A stretch of 64,000 nt of DNA from Colwellia sp. GTDB lineage: Bacteria; Pseudomonadota; Gammaproteobacteria; Enterobacterales; Alteromonadaceae. Of this stretch, positions 61,712 through 64,000 are shown piece by piece (within the stretch, counting starts at the first letter, position 1; each line of letters begins with the position of its first letter). The stretch spans positions 157,568-221,567 of the forward strand of contig NVWU01000007.1 in NCBI GenBank assembly GCA_002733765.1, in the 5' to 3' direction. A program made the translations under genes and the position numbers. Below the pieces are notes generated by a model, which ran no database searches, was not told the origin of the DNA, and saw nothing but the letters and a program-made list of their open reading frames with translations.

Positions 61712-62539
61712 TTGAGCCAAGGTCTAAAAATAGCTAAATCAGCATTATTAACCGCAGAACATCTTAGTTGGTGCACTGATGGTAACCTGATCCTTGATGA
61801 TATTAGTTTCATCGTTGAGCAAGGTAGCTTTACCGGTATATTAGGACCAAATGGTGCTGGTAAATCAAGTTTGCTACGTTGTTTATATCGCTTTGTTAAA
61901 CCTGAACAAGGTCTTGTGAGTTTTGAGCGTGATGATATTTGGCAGCTAAATGCCAATGATTACGCTAAAAATGTTGCTGTTGTGCTGCAAGAAACCCCCT
62001 CGCATTTTAATTTAACCGTACATGATGTAGTTGCGCTAGGGTTAATTCCCCATAAAGGGCTATTTGCACGGGCAAATAAAGCGGATGATGAAAAAATAGT
62101 AAAAGCGATAGCACAAGTTGGATTGGTGCATAAAACACAGCAAAATTTTGAACATTTATCGGGGGGAGAAAAGCAGCGCGCATTAATTGCACGTGCCATC
62201 GTACAATCGCCCCGTTTATTGATTATGGATGAACCAACAAGTCATCTGGATGTGCGCTATCAAATTCAAATAATGGAACTAGCAAAATCACTTGGCATCA
62301 CTGTTATCGCCACTTTTCATGACCTAAACCTTGCCAGTGCTATGTGTGATGATTTATTGGTTTTAGATCAAGGTAAGTTGGTTTGCCAAGGCACGCCTAA
62401 AGCGGTGCTGACTAAAGAAATGTTATCCGATGTTTTTGGCGTTTGTGCTGATATTAGTGAACATCATCAGCATAAAGTTCCACACATTTCATATTACTAT
62501 GGTTATATTCAAGATGAACATGGAGAGCATCATGTTTAA
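61712..62539 (+). CDS. ABC transporter ATP-binding protein (iron-siderophore/cobalamin, BtuD/FecE-type)
   Basis: 'GPNGAGKSS', 'LSGGEKQR', 'LIMDEPTSHLD'. TTG start per the ORF track. His-rich C-terminal tail. Confidence 0.85.
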   Translation: MSQGLKIAKSALLTAEHLSWCTDGNLILDDISFIVEQGSFTGILGPNGAGKSSLLRCLYRFVKPEQGLVSFERDDIWQLNANDYAKNVAVVLQETPSHFNLTVHDVVALGLIPHKGLFARANKADDEKIVKAIAQVGLVHKTQQNFEHLSGGEKQRALIARAIVQSPRLLIMDEPTSHLDVRYQIQIMELAKSLGITVIATFHDLNLASAMCDDLLVLDQGKLVCQGTPKAVLTKEMLSDVFGVCADISEHHQHKVPHISYYYGYIQDEHGEHHV

Positions 62540-63620
62540 AGCCGAGCAGACTAAAGCAAATAAGCGCCAAGCAAATCAAACTCAAAAAAAGACGGGTGCA
62601 TGGTTAGAAACAAAGCAGATTAGTCAATCGGCGGTAACCATAGTTGCGGTATTGATGTGCTTTGTTAGCCTCTTTTGTGCGTTATCTTTTGGTGCGGCAG
62701 ATATTTCGTTTACCGATGTTTGGTACAGTATTTGGCCAACTGAAACAGGTAAAGACATTGGTTTTATTCAACGTATTATCTGGGAGTTACGCATGCCTAG
62801 AGCCATACTCGCATTACTTGCGGGCTCAGGCTTGGCAATTTCAGGACTTATTCTACAAACGGTTACACGTAATCCATTAGCCGATCCCTACTTATTTGGT
62901 ATTTCATCAGGTGCTTCGTTGGGCGTTGTTATACTGATCACTTTTACTGGCAGTATCTTTACCCCTATGACACCTATTGCCGCTTTTGCTGGCAGTTTGG
63001 TTGCTATGTTCATGTTAATGTTAATTGCTGGGCGTAGGCAAAGTCAGCAGGTTGAATCTATGTTACTTGCCGGTGTTGCCTTATCCTTTTTGTTTAGCTC
63101 CTTTACCAATTTGTTGCTCTATCATACCGATCCACAGGCGGTTACCGCGGTGTTATTCTGGACCATGGGGAGTTTTTCACGCGCGCAGTGGGAAAACTTG
63201 TTATTTCCAACTGTTGTTATTATAGCTTGTATCACTTTTATGTTGGCTTATCGACGCCAATTAAATGCGATGTTATTAGGTGATGAAAGTGCAATGACAT
63301 TGGGGATTAACGTGAATCGTTTTCGCCTTATTATGTTGCTATTAAGTTCGTTGATTACCGCAACACTGGTTTCTATGTGCGGTGGTATTGGTTTTGTTGG
63401 TTTGATGATTCCGCATATTGTTCGATTTTTTATCTCCCAAGGTACTATTTTTGGTATTTTGCTTACCGCACTTGTTGGTGGCATATTTATGATTTGGGTT
63501 GATATATTATCGCGTACTGTTTTAGAAAACCAAGAGTTACCTGTCGGGGTTATTACTGCTGCAACAGGCAGTATATTTTTCCTTACCTTACTTTATTTTA
63601 GAAAAAATCAACCCAGTTAA
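62532..63620 (+). CDS. FecCD/BtuC-type ABC transporter permease
   Basis: '[16 protein letters not shown]' and 'MLLGDE.A..LG'. The ATG at 62532 overlaps the ATPase stop (ATGTTTAA). The 62430 start in the ORF track is an over-extension. Confidence 0.85.
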   Translation: MFKAEQTKANKRQANQTQKKTGAWLETKQISQSAVTIVAVLMCFVSLFCALSFGAADISFTDVWYSIWPTETGKDIGFIQRIIWELRMPRAILALLAGSGLAISGLILQTVTRNPLADPYLFGISSGASLGVVILITFTGSIFTPMTPIAAFAGSLVAMFMLMLIAGRRQSQQVESMLLAGVALSFLFSSFTNLLLYHTDPQAVTAVLFWTMGSFSRAQWENLLFPTVVIIACITFMLAYRRQLNAMLLGDESAMTLGINVNRFRLIMLLLSSLITATLVSMCGGIGFVGLMIPHIVRFFISQGTIFGILLTALVGGIFMIWVDILSRTVLENQELPVGVITAATGSIFFLTLLYFRKNQPS

Positions 63621-63652
63621 TCAAGGCAATTGATTATCCCATAGAGATACAT

Positions 63653-64000
63653 ATGACCTTTACAATTCAACCCGTCAGCCCAAAATTTGATGAGAAAATT
63701 CAAGCGAAAATTGACGGTAAGACCAAGCCATTAGGTGCGCTTGGACAGTTAGAGACTACGGCTAAAGCCCTAGCACGCGTGCAGGCTATGGTTACTAACC
63801 AAGTTGATTCTTTAGTTATCAACCAGCCAAGTCTTATTATTTTTGCGGGTGATCATGGTGTTGCTGCAGAAGGTCTTTCAATCGCACCCAGTGAAATTAC
63901 CGGACAAATGGTTGCTAACTTTGCTACGGGTGGTGCCGCCATTAATGTTTTTTGTCGTCAATTGGGTTGGCAATTAAGTGTTGTTGATGCCGGTATTTTA
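63653..64000 (+). CDS. cobT: Nicotinate-nucleotide--dimethylbenzimidazole phosphoribosyltransferase (3' end outside window)
   Basis: 'KTKP.GALG.LE', '[12 protein letters not shown]', 'GGAAINV', collinear with CobT. Confidence 0.88.
   Translation, partial: MTFTIQPVSPKFDEKIQAKIDGKTKPLGALGQLETTAKALARVQAMVTNQVDSLVINQPSLIIFAGDHGVAAEGLSIAPSEITGQMVANFATGGAAINVFCRQLGWQLSVVDAGIL

Noticed and set aside
1-64000. Scan for tRNA, rRNA, tmRNA, CRISPR repeats, IS elements and integrases.
   Set aside because: I found no cloverleaf-like or rRNA-like sequence, no regularly spaced direct repeats, and no transposase or integrase ORFs. The eye-scan is not exhaustive, so tRNAscan/Infernal should confirm.

Overview
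AT-rich chromosomal segment from a marine gammaproteobacterium; the Alteromonadales/Colwellia-like assignment is inferred from protein similarity and composition only. It is mostly housekeeping genes: ppsR/ppsA, sbcDC, ybaK, slyD, nfeD plus an SPFH gene, hflX, sppA, asnS, the divergent bioA | bioBFCD cluster, and a B12-salvage cluster (cobC, cobalamin riboswitch, ABC importer, cobT). Two large PAS-GGDEF-EAL signalling proteins are also present. I found no rRNA, tRNA, CRISPR array, transposase or integrase. The standout is a tightly coupled four-gene operon at 236-6893. It encodes a 1241-aa MukB/MksB-type SMC ATPase, two small partners that look like a KITE subunit and a kleisin, and a short Toprim (JetD/MksG-like) protein. 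This is a Wadjet/MksBEFG-like DNA-restriction machine, but with an SMC-first gene order, very divergent accessory subunits and a truncated nuclease, set between core genes. Secondary observations: (1) a loose accessory patch at 29.3-36.1 kb with an orphan SMI1/KNR4 immunity-type gene; (2) an orphan HicB with upstream direct repeats; (3) a family of short palindromic (REP/MITE-like) elements at three loci, one supplying the stop codon of a GNAT gene; (4) a 1.1-kb ORF-poor region with a perfect hairpin; (5) an orphan terminator with a 40-codon hydrophobic ORF; (6) a CZB-like zinc-binding module at the C-terminus of the 1276-aa GGDEF-EAL sensor. All functional calls come from motif and homology recognition by eye; no searches were run.
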